A DNA stretch of 63,136 bases, filler included, from Asterionella formosa (GCA_002256025.1; 19 parts of 19 records of this genome joined end to end with filler, not necessarily neighbours in it); one strand, 5' to 3'. Counted from the whole stretch's first letter, positions 48,388 through 60,851 are shown. Numbers and translations: made by a program. The notes: generated from the sequence alone by a model not told the origin.

Positions 48388-48801
48388 CTTGCTAGGCGCC
48401 AGATGTGTTGAGAATATTGAGAATGCTAGGAACAAAGGGCGAGGAACTGATTACAATAATTTATTTTAAGCCCAAAGATAGCTGGCTGAGGATGAAATGA
48501 TGATTCAACAAATGCCATCACTTCTATGAATACACATTTGTACGCCTTCGTAGAGGGTGTAAGTTGAAACAGACAAGTCAAAAAAAACTTGTTTGTGTCT
48601 CCAAATTAGTCCAGTCATGACCTTTTTGGATCTAGTCATGAACATGAATCAATCTTTACTCATACATGAATCAATCATTAAGTTTTGTCATGAACATGAG
48701 TCAATTTACTCATATATGACTCACCGGTAGTTTTGTAGGTTTGGTTTGCTATAAGTTAATTCTATAAACTCACTTTATTTGGAAATACCAAATACAATTA
48801 A

Positions 48802-49075
48802 CGTCGTGGATATGCGTTGACTCTCATCTTGATCTTCATTTGGCCAATCCTCTCCATCCCTGCCGGTGTGTTTGGTAAGAACTACTTCGCATTCTGGGTT
48901 CTGGTGGCAATTGCTTGGGGATTTGGTGCTGCTATTGTTATTACTATTCTCTCATTGACTGAGAGTTGAGAGGAAATTTTCCGTGTGACTAATGGAATGT
49001 GGTCTGTGATGACTGGAAAGGGCAGGCCTGCTCTTGCCGCTGACGAGACTGACATTCCTGTGTCCATTACGAGCA
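48802..49075 (+). pseudogene. DUR3: 3' fragment of a urea active transporter
   Basis: My translation from 48802: RRGYALTLILIFIWPILSIPAGVFGKNYFAFWVLVAIAWGFGAAIVITILSLTES*EEI. This is the DUR3 C-terminal helices with an in-frame TGA and no upstream gene body. Confidence 0.8.
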
Positions 49076-49103
49076 CTCGTCATGAGAATGGAACCCGTCC
49101 ACC

Positions 49104-49800
49104 TGTTGTAACAACTACCATATTCGACCGTATTGTAGGCCTTGAACCTAGTACTGTGTTAATCGAATACAATTGATGAAATTGATAGCAACGAGGAAGT
49201 TGTCAAACTTAAACTTTCACTTTACTAACTGGATTGTTTCGAGATAATGGTCTCGAAACACTCTTATTACTCACATTGCATTTTAACATTTTTTCCTGAC
49301 CTCTGATTGCTTTCCCTTGCGTTGTGCCTTTTACCACGTCAGCCCAGGTAAATCTTGGTAGCGGCTGTACGGTTTTAACTGTAGTACTGTTCTCGCTCGT
49401 GTCTACTATACCCTTCACTCCTGTTCTGTGGCAGTCAGCTCGCATTTTTCCAACATGCTCCTCGGCTGTTGCCAGGGAACTGGCAGTCAGGGTATCGACG
49501 TGCGCAGCTCCTAGAAGCACATTTCGGAATGTTCTGAACAGGTTTCCTTGCAGTGGTTTCGTAAAAAAATCCCCTAACATTTCCAACGTTGGACAGTGGC
49601 GAATGGTGATTCCTTCATCTACCGATCGATCCTTAATCCAGAAATAGCGGATGTTGATATGCCGAGACTTTGGCCCTGCCGAAATTCGTCTGTTCTTCTC
49701 GAGTTTAATTGCGCTCTCGTTGTCTTGTTCGAAGAAACTTTCTTGAATCTTGTATCCCTGTGCTTCAAGAAACATTTTTACCCACAGCGTGTTCGGGAGA
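49104..49800 (-). mobile_element. Ty1/copia 3' end: RNase H, PPT and complete 352-bp 3' LTR (49455-49104)
   Basis: QDNESAIKLE, SRHINIRYFWIKD, CPTLEMLGDFFTKPLQG. PPT-like GAGGAGCA followed by TGTTGG...TACAACA. The ORF (49209-49775) reads into the LTR. Confidence 0.9.
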
Positions 49801-50403
49801 NNNNNNNNNNNNNNNNNNNNNNNNNNNNNNNNNNNNNNNNNNNNTTAATTAATTAANNNNNNNNNNNNNNNNNNNNNNNNNNNNNNNNNNNNNNNNNNNN
49901 CTGGAGGGCCATTGATACGGAGGAGAGGTCATGTTCGTGGAGTGGGTTTGTTTATGATAACACTCGGGATAAGTTCGCAAACTGCAAAACCGTAATCCAT
50001 ATGATGGTCACTTCACAACTCGAAAAGAACCAAACTAATGGATACAACATGATACCACACAACCACATAGAAAGCCAAATAAAGGGGGAACCCTACATCA
50101 ATACGATGTTGACGTGTCCACTTTCGCATGAAAATGAAGGGAATTGTGTCAATGGTCTCCTCCAATCAGATCACGTTGTTTCTCCAGGTCAGAAAGTATG
50201 TATCAGTAACGGTAATCCATGTTCGTAATTTCGGAGTAATAATAAATACGATAGAGGAGAGTCTGAACCAAGCTCGTACAGTATACTGGTATACAAAAAA
50301 TTTGTACGGTATCTGGTACCCAGTACCTAAGGATTTGTTGGCGTACCAGTTGTACCTCGGAATTGACCTGAGGGACACGTCACTTCGTCTGACCTTCAAC
50401 CAA

Positions 50404-51706
50404 GGCCCAGTCTTACGGTTCCCGAATTACGAAGATTGAGTCGCCTGCATACCTGTTGGGTGTTTAATCTTCGCGTTTTCGTCCCTCACGGGCTAAATTA
50501 CTCGCAAATCCCCCCCCCCATTACGAAGATTAATCTTCGTTCGCCCGAATATTTCGAGGGTCATCGCCGATATTGACCCAACCTCCGTATTTTCGTGAAG
50601 CAGGCAGCAATCTTCGTTTCCCGAAAGATTAATCTTCGGGCAAAGAACGAAGATTGTCTCCACCAATCAGAATAGCGGAAACATTGTATAATGATGATAT
50701 AGTTAGTAGTCGACATTATATAATGATGATATAGTAGTCGATACTTCGATTAGTAGTATTATCGTCATTTATATTGCAAATTATTTAGATATTTATCCTT
50801 ACTTTTAATATCTTTATTATGATAATGATAATTTGTAACATGACAACTCCGCCAACGCTATCGTCAACCTTCCTGGCACATTATCAACAGTGTGTGCAGC
50901 CGGAAAGCAACAATGGTTTTCATGGCAACTACCAGCAGCCTTGCCAGCTGTGTTGCAAAATGAGCTGGTTTCTCAGTTCCATTTGGAAGTTCAATCTGAA
51001 AGAGGGAATCAGCACTTGCTGTCCAACAACATCTGCTAAGCAAAAAAGAATGAAATGACCTCTGGTGTCAAGGCAAGAGTCATGTTGGTGGAAGAAGTTC
51101 CTGACAAGCAAAAAGCGCATCTTACAATTGGACATAAACACATGGGAAGCAAGACTCTTTGCAAAAAATTTCATTTGACATATTCTTTAAACTGTATCAT
51201 GACATGACAATATCAAAAGATTGCTATGATCTGCACAGGAAAGATTGCACCAATCTTCTGTGCAAGGACCTTGAGTTGCTCTTCCTGGGTGTTCTCTACA
51301 CTCTAACAACTGGTGCTTGCATCCCATTTGTATGTGTACATACAAACTGACATGTACACCGGAAATTTTTCATTCACTGGACTTCAAAGTTTGCAGAAAA
51401 GAAGGACTCGGTAGTTTCTAATCACAGAAGAAAGATTTTATCAATCAGCTACTTACACCCAGGAGCAAGAAATGACAAACACATAGTCAAGTTTGATGCT
51501 GCTGTTTCCAATCTACATGATAGAAATTCTTTTCTTGGCAGGCAAGAGTGGAATGTCCTCACTGTTGACTCGTCTATTACTTGTACAGGCTACTATTTCA
51601 TTTGTGTTGGAGGGTACCTACAATGACCGGTGTTGATTTATCCAATCAAATATGGCAATGAACATGGAAAAGAAAGGGCATGTGGTATGATGGTGGAGTC
51701 TGTTCG
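50404..51706 (+). mobile_element. Degenerate PIF/Harbinger element: structured 5' end plus transposase remnant
   Basis: Repeated CGAAGATT/AATCTTCG motifs at 50429-50655. Remnant peptides LHPGARNDKHIVKFD, GYYFICVGGYL and ESVR. Confidence 0.6.
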
Positions 51707-51806
51707 NNNNNNNNNNNNNNNNNNNNNNNNNNNNNNNNNNNNNNNNNNNNTTAATTAATTAANNNNNNNNNNNNNNNNNNNNNNNNNNNNNNNNNNNNNN
51801 NNNNNN

Positions 51807-52623
51807 TGAATGCTGCAACTCGATCGAAAATGGAAGTTCGTTCAAAAGCTACTTGGTCACTGCATTTTCCCGGTGCAATTACACCAAAATAAATAAATCT
51901 TGAGTCAGCATCACAAACAGCCTGGACATTGATTCCATAAGTCATGTAGTGACCGGAAAAAAATGAACCAGGGTTGTTGCCACTTTCAACTATAGTCGGG
52001 CGGTTGATGGTGGCTAGGAAGCCGTCAATAGCACCAACACATCCTCTCATCATGCCCTCTGAGCTTTTGCATTCAAAGCTGGAAGCCAATTTGATAAATT
52101 CTTCTTTTTCTTTTGGAAAAACAATTTCGAGTTCTCCACAGTTTAGTACAGCATCAATGAACAAATCACGACATCGATAAAGTGAAGCAATGCTACAACC
52201 GTAGGCATGACGAATGTCGATGTAACTGCCACCAGCCAGCCATCGCAAACCAATGGCTACCACAATTTCGGGAATTATGGGCTCAGAAGTGCCACATTTG
52301 GAATAATTCCCTGCAATCTGAATTTCCAGCATGGAGGTGAGTTTTTTGAATGCTCTGTGTGACATTCTGTATGTCTTCTCGAAAGCAATCTCGTGATTGA
52401 GTTTCTCGACATGTGATTGCCAGGAGATTCTTTCGTGGTGCCACTTGTGCCTTCGTTGTCGTCGTCGTTCAGATGACTGAAGCTGCCGTTTACAGCGTCG
52501 CCTTTGTCGTTTGGATGAGTGTTCTTTTTCCTCTGCTTCCTTAGCTAAATGACAGAGGAAGAAGAAATCAAGATCACTACTGTCATCGTCATTATCATCA
52601 AGTAAATCAAATGGCGACGACAT
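51807..52623 (-). mobile_element. PIF/Harbinger (HARBI1-like, DDE_Tnp_4) transposase, 5' part, open frame
   Basis: FEKTYRMSHRAF, LRWLAGGSY, GCVGAIDG, SGHYMTYGINVQAVCDA, PGKCSD. Candidate element end TTA|GGGTCG at 52916. Confidence 0.93.
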
Positions 52624-53200
52624 GATTCATGCAAATGTGTGTTTTTAATATTATATTTAGTTTCCCGGTAATTATATTTTGTTGTTGCTTGATATCAAGA
52701 CCATCATTATATTCCGGAGGGATATACACATGATCTTCGCCAGCCAGTTGCCGTTGAAGATTCATGTTACTCCATGATACAATGTGATCACAAATTAGTG
52801 ATACAGTGACACTTTTGGAATGAATGAAATTCAGTTCAAATCGAGTTACCGTTGCTGATACATTTTCAAAAAAATTCAAATTCCGTGATACACGAAAAAA
52901 ATGATAAGAACGACCCTAAGCAATATTTTTATTTATGCCTACTAGGGTTTCACATCCAGCAAACTTGCTTGATGATAAATACAACGTACGGTATTTAGAT
53001 TGGATTGAGCAAATCAATACTGTATGCATAACAAACATATTGACGCCACTACACCAGGAAACCAGGAACAAACCAGTACAGTACCGGTGCCTGGTCATAG
53101 CTGGCAAGTCACATTCACTCATCGCAACATCGCGGTGAACACATCGTAGTTCCAACTCGACGCACAACAGCAACTACCAAAAGTGGTATACATCCTAACA

Positions 53201-53612
53201 ATGGCAATAGCGACTTGCCGTCGTGGTCGACCGACCCTTTTGAATTTCTTCCTCCTCATCATCATCATATTTAGCGTGATTACTATCTATGCATCTCTCC
53301 GTCAAGCCGAGACTCACGTCAGGGACTCAGCCCTCCCACTGGTCCATTCGATTCAGAATGAATTTGGCGGTTTGAAAGACGAAGTTTCAGCTCGCGTTGC
53401 AGCTCAAGTTTCCTCTCAAGCTGAGACGACAGTGAAAGCACAAAACATGGACAAAACGGAACCAAAAGTCTCCGTGAAGGGGGCCCACCAACTCGCTGGC
53501 CTAAATTGTGATTCGCATGGTGGGCCACGCAACGATTTGGCCCGGGAAATGGTGTACTGGGAAGACATACCAGAGGACAGCAAGTTCGTCTCTAAATTCA
53601 AACGACCGGGAC
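53201..53612 (+). CDS. Type II membrane protein, N-terminus of a diatom GDP-fucose O-fucosyltransferase-like family
   Basis: N-terminal TM helix, stem region, LAGLNCDSHGGP...EMVYWEDIP motif. The catalytic domain is beyond the contig end. Confidence 0.65.
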
Positions 53613-53779
53613 NNNNNNNNNNNNNNNNNNNNNNNNNNNNNNNNNNNNNNNNNNNNTTAATTAATTAANNNNNNNNNNNNNNNNNNNNNNNNNNNNNNNN
53701 NNNNNNNNNNNNGGCATCGAGTAAAACATTTGCGAGAACGAATGGATCGATGGGATATTGATCACAAACAGGAAGAAAC

Positions 53780-54120
53780 ATTCATGACAACCATGTCAGA
53801 TCCGTTCCATTGCAAATCTTCCTTCAATAGGTCAAACTCGTCATCCTTGAGCATTTGCCTTCCAGTGGCATAGTAGGACTGAAGCGCGTCCAGAAAGATA
53901 CGCTCCTTTTCGGCTACTGTGAGACGAATGAGTTCCCCACTTTCCGGATCGACGACTCAGTATTCCTCGTCAGGAATGCATTCTTCTTCCTGCAAGTTAG
54001 TCTCAAAGAATCGTCCAGACTTGGCGTCGTAAGCGATTTCTCTCGTTCCGCTCGTAATGGTGATCTTTTCGTCGCTTCCTTCTTCGGCCATTAAAAGTGG
54101 ACCAGCAACACGACCAGCAG
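53780..54120 (-). pseudogene. PGRL1: PGR5-like 1 gene fragment with a premature stop
   Basis: My translation from 54091: MAEEG...CIPDEEY*VVDPESGELIRLTVAEKERIFLDALQSYYATGRQMLKDDEFDLLKEDLQWNGS. TGA at 53959-53957. Confidence 0.82.
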
Positions 54121-55518
54121 CTGTTGTCGTTGTCTTCCTTAAAGTTCGATGATCTTAAATTCATTTACTGTCCCGCTGCAGTAGCAGCAGTCATAGACAT
54201 ATGGTGTTCTATTGCTTGCTTATTAGCTACTCCGACTACCGCTTTTCAGTTTCACGATCATACAATCCTAAAACTATGATGATTTACTGTCTTACTGTTT
54301 TAAAACTACGATGATTTACTGTCCCACTGCAGTAGCAACAGTCCTGAACATATGATGTTCTATTGGTTTTTAGTTTTACGATTATATGATCCTAAAACTA
54401 TGATCATTTACTGTCCCACTGCAGTAGCAACAGTCATGAACATATGGTGTTCTTTTGAATTTTAATTTTATGATCATTCGATCCTAAAACTATGATAATT
54501 TACTGTCCCACTGTAATTACAACAGTCATGAACATATGGTGTTCTATTGGGTCTTAATTTTACGATCATATGATCCTAAAACTATGATGATTTACTGTCC
54601 CACTGCAGTAGCAACAGTCCTGAACATATGGTGTTCTGTTGCTAGTTTACTACTCCGACTACCCCCAGTATGTCACTTACTACCTGTTGCTGGTGCTCTA
54701 TATATATATATGATATATTGTTATTGTCATACCGGTATGATGTACCGGTACACATGAAGAGCTCCCAACCAAAAAAGAGGCTTAAACAATTTGCTACCAA
54801 AACCCTTGCGGCCATTGAACGGTCTAAATAATTAGTTTCAACGGACGTAGAAAATATCGATGCAAACAAATTTCAGAAACAATTCCGGTACACGTAGTCG
54901 TGGAAAACAATGGACATATAGTGCATTGAGTATTTTGGAATTATGTATATGCGAGTATGATCATCCCAACCATATCAGATGTTCCATATCGAGAGCGCCT
55001 TTGAATTTTATAAATGTATAACACTTCATATATATATATATATATACTTACAAATTTTATTACTATATTCATGGCATATATATTTTTGAAATCGTTCTGT
55101 CATGTTAACAAACAATGCCTGCTGCTTCATGAAAAGATACGTCGTAGTAAAGCACATGACAAGAAAAGAAAGTTTTCGCAATACATTACGAAAAACATTG
55201 TGACTTCGATACATTGCGCCTTCGAAGGATGGAGAATGTTTAAGGTAATGAAGCCATCAATGTGGTACTTGGATGACAATCGTTGGGAGGCAGGCAGCAC
55301 AACAACAAATTGTTAACTAAACGCACATTTCCTTTTTTCTCAGTTGATTCAACAGCTCGTTTCGCTTGTTGGGGAGCACCAATGTAAAACCAAACCAAAT
55401 TGCGTAAGTGCTCTTGTCGCTCGTTGGACCTATTCACTTCTGTTGGAACAAAACTAACAAAACGTTTATATTCTCTCAAAGTTAAGATGACAAAAATGAA
55501 CCGGTAAGTTTTATTCCA
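54121..55518. mobile_element. Second copy of the Plavaka-element segment 10971-12150
   Basis: Collinear, high-identity match that includes the repeat array and the TA run. Confidence 0.88.
54164..54640. repeat. 92-bp palindromic tandem array, 5 units plus one partial
   Basis: TTTACTGT at 54164, 54283 (partial), 54315, 54407, 54499 and 54591; 92-bp spacing for the last four. Confidence 0.95.
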
Positions 55519-55618
55519 NNNNNNNNNNNNNNNNNNNNNNNNNNNNNNNNNNNNNNNNNNNNTTAATTAATTAANNNNNNNNNNNNNNNNNNNNNNNNNN
55601 NNNNNNNNNNNNNNNNNN

Positions 55619-56562
55619 CATGTATGATTTGGAAAAAGATTCAATTTTGTGTTTCTGAATTCGTTCCCTTATCAGAGCATCAACTGCCTTAGCCAGCATC
55701 ACGTCATATCTCTGTCTGCATTGATCTTCTTGAACTTGATATCTTGATCTAGCTCAGAATTTTTCTTGAATTCTGTTATTTTAGAAATGCAATAGTCTCT
55801 CTTCTTTCATGATGTTCATCTTGATGTTCTGGACGGATAGTGAGATATGTTTCTTGGTTTTGCAACTTTTCAACCATTTCTACTTCTGAAGTGTTGTCTG
55901 TCACATTTCCGCCGATATTTTCATTCATCGCTTGAATTTGTTCATCAAATGAATGAGAATCACTGAGTTCTTCTTCATTATCAGTGATTTCTGGAGAATG
56001 AGGAGCAAAATACAACACTGGATGGTGGAACTGTCACTCTGTACGAATAGAGTCTTCATCCACAAAGACCAACTGTTTGGGTTTCCTTGCTCTTCGAAAG
56101 CAATCTTTCCTTCTTTTCAATCTCAGCCACTATTTTATCGGCATACCTGCTTCATTTTTTTTTCTGGAGTATTATGAATCTGTTCAAATTCATTTGATCT
56201 TTGAGTGTATTCAAAGGAGCAAATCTTCGATTGATTTCATAAGTTTCTTCATCTTCTTTTCCGAAAACATAAAGTCGTGTATTGTAAACAATGGAAGTAA
56301 GTCTCGTTTCTTGTTTGACTGATCCTTTCCATGAAATCCGTTAAATGCCATTTGGAAAACTGTTTTGGTTTCCTCGGCTCTTCGAAAGCAATCTTTCCTT
56401 CTTTTCAATCTCTGCCACTATTGAATCTGCATGCTTCATTATTTTTTCTGGAGTATTATGAATCTGTTCAAATTCATGTGACCTTTGAGTGTATTCAAAG
56501 GAATCTTCGATTGATTTCATAAGTTTCTTCATCTCTTTTTCCGAAAACATGAAGTTGTGTAT
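55619..56562 (-). pseudogene. Element cargo ORF (Glu/Lys-rich), degenerate, with an internal ~210-bp direct duplication
   Basis: 56073-56283 matches 56360-56562. Homologous to 43387-44000. 55619-55682 overlaps the start of the 3823 contig. Confidence 0.65.
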
Positions 56563-56864
56563 TATGATCAGATGATCACAATCCTATGATGCATCATGGA
56601 AATATGATAGTATTTATTTCCAGATGACTATCTATCAACTACCGGTACTCATGAATCATTTCATCTACAGTACTGACTATTATTTGTGGTTGAGCTTGAA
56701 GTGGTGAGTAGTAATTTACATATTGTTTGGACAACACAGAGTAACAATAATTTTTGTTATCTTACAACATTATCAGTACTTTCTGTCTTAGGTAGATGTC
56801 CCTTCAGGAAACTGTGGTTCTACAGAAGTGCCAACATTTCTGGGAATGTAGAATGTTCACAGCT

Positions 56865-57424
56865 CTACCAGTAGCAGGTCGTTCCATAATAGTGCCAGAC
56901 CCAACTATCTTTCGGTGCGAGGTGACCAAAAAGATGAGTCCACTCAAAAAGACGACCTTTCAGAGTGAACCATTTTGCATTCATTGGTATATAACCATCG
57001 TTTAAGAAGTTACTTAATGGAAATCTTGCCCCAACATGAATCTCTGGTTGCCACTTGTCATCGATGTTTGGAATATTGTTATAGTTCCAAACAAAACTAT
57101 AGTTAGTAGGAAGAACATCACACGGGATAACAGTTGGGTGAGAGTGAATCCAGTGCTCAGAAGAATATCGTCCCATGCCAATGTGAGGGGGTGCAAGGCA
57201 ATCAAGACCTGGTCCGACACATGGGAACATTTCTGCCATCACATTTTTCTGTTCTTTCAGTGCATTGATAACGTCGTCCATTTTTTGCTCAAAGGGTTCT
57301 GGTGCTATAAGGATTTTCACGTAAGAGCAGTGTGCTGTCCACATATTTCCAGAGGTATGGAAGTGAGGAAGAGGACTAAATCTTGCAGAGCAAACATTGC
57401 AAGTTCCTGATCTCACAGAATCAA
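56865..57424 (-). CDS. C-terminal part of a conserved-looking diatom hypothetical protein
   Basis: Open frame from the contig edge with FSPLPHFHTSGNMWTAHCSYV and GRYSSEHWIHSHP...PCD motifs. Function not assigned. Confidence 0.65.
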
Positions 57425-58149
57425 NNNNNNNNNNNNNNNNNNNNNNNNNNNNNNNNNNNNNNNNNNNNTTAATTAATTAANNNNNNNNNNNNNNNNNNNN
57501 NNNNNNNNNNNNNNNNNNNNNNNNAAAACTTGCAGCCTTCTGAACAGTCCAAGTGATTGCATCTTCAATGGTTACCATCCAGAATGAAGCAAGGGCCTTG
57601 TCCGCCTTGTCCTCGGCCTTGTCCCACATTACACTGGAACCCAACCTGATGATGATCATGATGAAGGTTGATGATGATGTAGGAAATTGTGTTATATGTA
57701 TATGCATCAAACTCACATTGGCCAAATAGTTTGCTGGCATGAGCCACAATCTAAACCAATAGGAATGCTTCATTTATTTGGCTATGGTTGGATTCTATTT
57801 AACCAAATTTCTGATATTTGGTAAATGAGGGAGTCATTGAAATCCAAAAGCCTAAGCAACATTGTCTTAGTTGATGCATTGGCTAAAATATCTTTGTTTG
57901 TTCTACCAATGTGATGCGTCATGATGTAGTGACCAACAACTTCAGTCAACTTGGCTTTGGTCGATGCAGTGGAGATACTCTAAGTAATAAAATGTATATT
58001 ACAGGGGACCATATTAGTACCAGCTAATATATTAATTTCTAGTTTCTACCAGAGCCGAGTTACCCACTTTTCCTTGTTTTATTTTATACTGGTATATTGC
58101 AGGTGGTTGTATAGGCCAGTACCAGGTTACCACGGTAACATAATGGACC

Positions 58150-58930
58150 ACAAACTATTTGTACCAGTTAAAAATGGATTTGAGCCACTAAACAATATAG
58201 TTTTCTCAGTGTGGTATTAGATTTTTTCTAATTTTCCAGTTATGACTATTTTTAGAATGACAAAATTGTTTCTGATGTTGCGCCGGATACAACATATCTT
58301 GTTGTTGATTAGGTTTTGTGTTTTAGACACTCAGATATTGTTGGGGTCCATTGAACTACCACTACCTGTTGCTCCATCCCGAAATTCAACTGACAAGTAC
58401 CTCGAACCTGCAAACAGGCAGAAGCAAACAAAAATCAACCAGTCTCTTCCATTCCCCCATCCGGACTAAACTTGATCCAAGGCATCATCAGGGAACCCTT
58501 GTTGATCAGGTTTTACAGAATCACAATCATTAGGATGCTAGAAATGGAATAAATAAATCTGGACAAAATCCTCCGCCAATGAAAGAAACAGCACCAAGGG
58601 CAATTGCAAGCAATAAACAATACACAGCCAGTCTTCATGTCTCCGCAGGCAGTTACTTCAACTCCTGAAGTGGTCAATGACCAGCTGAAAATGAAGAGGC
58701 ATACAGAAGAAGTGCAGAGTGAGCAAGAGAATAAGAAAATAGATGCACACATGCCGCTTGCAAAAAAAGGTTTATGCAATTCAGAGCTCTAAACAAACAG
58801 CCCGCAGAGTGGACAGTGGCGCAAATGAAGACAATGGCAATGTGGTACAAGTGAACAGGCGATATTCAATTACCAGCAACAAAGCAACTTCTTCTTACCA
58901 GAGACCATAACATAATGATGTGTGGTAACA
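58150..58930 (+). mobile_element. Highly degenerate DNA-transposase-like remnant
   Basis: WTVAQMKTMAMWYK*TGDIQLPATKQLLLTR resembles C-termini of diatom pogo/Tc1-like ORFs (from recall). Many stops. Confidence 0.35.
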
Positions 58931-59835
58931 TTGCAGTGCCAGTTGCAACTGCAATAGTGCCACTTCCTCACCCTTTGGTCGCTTCCACTACAAAACAAGA
59001 TACGATGGGAGGACCACCAGTCTACTAAGGATGAGCGGCGATGGAATGACTACTGCGAAAACAATGCGAGGAGTCTTTGATGATGAAAAGAGTACACCAC
59101 CAGTCTAAGAACAATGCAACTAGACATGTGCGAAAAAATGCAAACCATATTTTAATTTCTAACCATTGCCTATGAAAATAACGACATGTATGCAGAAATT
59201 TTAATCAATGGCTTTGAGCCACTTCGACCATTTTTCTCACTTGTCAAATGGATAGAGCTCAGTTAATATATGTTCAAGTGAAAAATGATCTAATTCTCAT
59301 GTAGCTTTAAGAACTAAATAATACTGTGCNNNNNNNNNNNNNNNNNNNNNNNNNNNNNNNNNNNNNNNNNNNNTTAATTAATTAANNNNNNNNNNNNNNN
59401 NNNNNNNNNNNNNNNNNNNNNNNNNNNNNTGTTGTTATTTATGTTTTAGGCTATGGAGAAAGCAGTGGTGAAATTGGTTTGCTCATAATTTCTGGCAATC
59501 AAAAAAGGGTCTTTGTCACCATCTATGCCTCAAAGTAGAATTAGTTGTGATGGCTGCCTGTATACATTGGTGCAGGACACCGGGCTTTACGTTTCATGAA
59601 TATGACTTTGATCCCCCTACTGCTAGTACCAGCAGGTTTGAGTTGCAACATTCAAATGATCATGTCTTTGCCCTTTGGAACCATATTGATTGGTGCATTC
59701 ACCTATGCCAGTTTTGAAGAACTTCGCTGATTTTTTAATGATAGATTATCAAGTTCTTAGCTACTACCCTTCTAAGATCAACTTCCTTGTTGGTTGAATG
59801 TGGCTGGCCTAAAGCCACTCATTAATTCCATAGCT

Positions 59836-59898
59836 GGGGAATGATTTAGTTGGTTAGCACATCTTCCAAGGTTGCGAATTCGATTCCTGCATTCTCCA
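59836..59898 (+). pseudogene. tRNA-derived sequence (tRNA-Ala-like acceptor stem, anticodon arm missing)
   Basis: GGGGAAT...ATTCTCC-A stem with G3:U70, A-box-like TAGTTGGTTAG and B-box-like TTCGATTCC. Only 63 nt. Confidence 0.5.
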
Positions 59899-60019
59899 CC
59901 TTTCTTTCTCATGTAGCTAGTCCCTAGAGATTCAGGGTGAGTGGCTGATGGAGCGAAAGATAGGTCCGTTGTACCATGTAGACAAATAAACCATTACCAA
60001 TCGTAACATTGTTTTATTT

Positions 60020-60713
60020 GGGCCCGAGTGCAGAGAGGTGGAAGTCGGGTTTGCTAGGATCAAAATTTTCGTGATGGTCACAGATTTGTTACATCACCTT
60101 GTGGTACTAGTAATGCACCTCAACAAAGGGAACTCGGAGTACTGGCTGGTTCACCAAACACCAAAATGTTGCTATGAACTCCTTGCAGGAGAGGGAATCG
60201 AGAATTCTTGGGGTTGTAGCGCCAAGTTTTTCTACCATTGGGATAATCTGGGGAGGAAAAGGAGAAAGAGAACTTCAGGTCTGTGGTGCAAAACAGCATG
60301 TCAAGGGAGAAAGTGTTAACAGCAAAAAGGATAAGACATTAGGTGAGTAAGACAATGAATATGTTGTGGGTATTTCAATATTTGGAAAGATGTTGATGAA
60401 TGACAAGATGATAAGATGGAAGCTGATGTTGACACAACAGTTGAAGCCAGCCCCATCATTGTTGAGAAGCTGTTCACATGATTCTAAACACACCAGCCAT
60501 GACTTTGCCATTGATTTTGACAAATCTTTCTACAAGGCAACATATGTCTATGATCTGCCTGACATAGCAAATGACAATGCATAAAAGAAACAAGCAACAT
60601 AATCAATGAACTTCAATGACAACAACAGATATGGGATGGTTAATATTCCAGAAAACCAAGGCTGGTTATGCCAGGAATGGTTAGGAGAGCTCCCCCAGGA
60701 ATAGAGTCCCCGG
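60020..60713 (+). mobile_element. Degenerate IS630/Tc1-like DDE transposase C-terminus and candidate right end
   Basis: TPKCCYELLAGEGIENSWGC (compare PKxHxELxxIExxWG) and SHDFAIDFDKSF. Candidate terminus ...CCCCGG|TA at 60713. Confidence 0.6.
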
Positions 60714-60755
60714 TACTTTTAAAGTGCTTAAGAAATAAGGTTGCGACCACTACTA

Positions 60756-60851
60756 CCAGCAAGTTGTGGTAATTTTGCTGAAACTAAAAGTTTAGCTCTC
60801 TTTATCCGATATTAAATTGTTAGGTTCGGCAAAATTACGGCAACTTGCAGG
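60756..60851. mobile_element. 96-bp MITE family, copy 3
   Basis: TA|CCAGCAAGTTGTGGTAATTTTGC...GCAAAATTACGGCAACTTGCAGG|TA. Confidence 0.88.

Noticed and set aside
54164..54640. CRISPR-like array
   Set aside because: Units are similar along their whole length with no unique spacers, there are no cas genes, and the context is eukaryotic.
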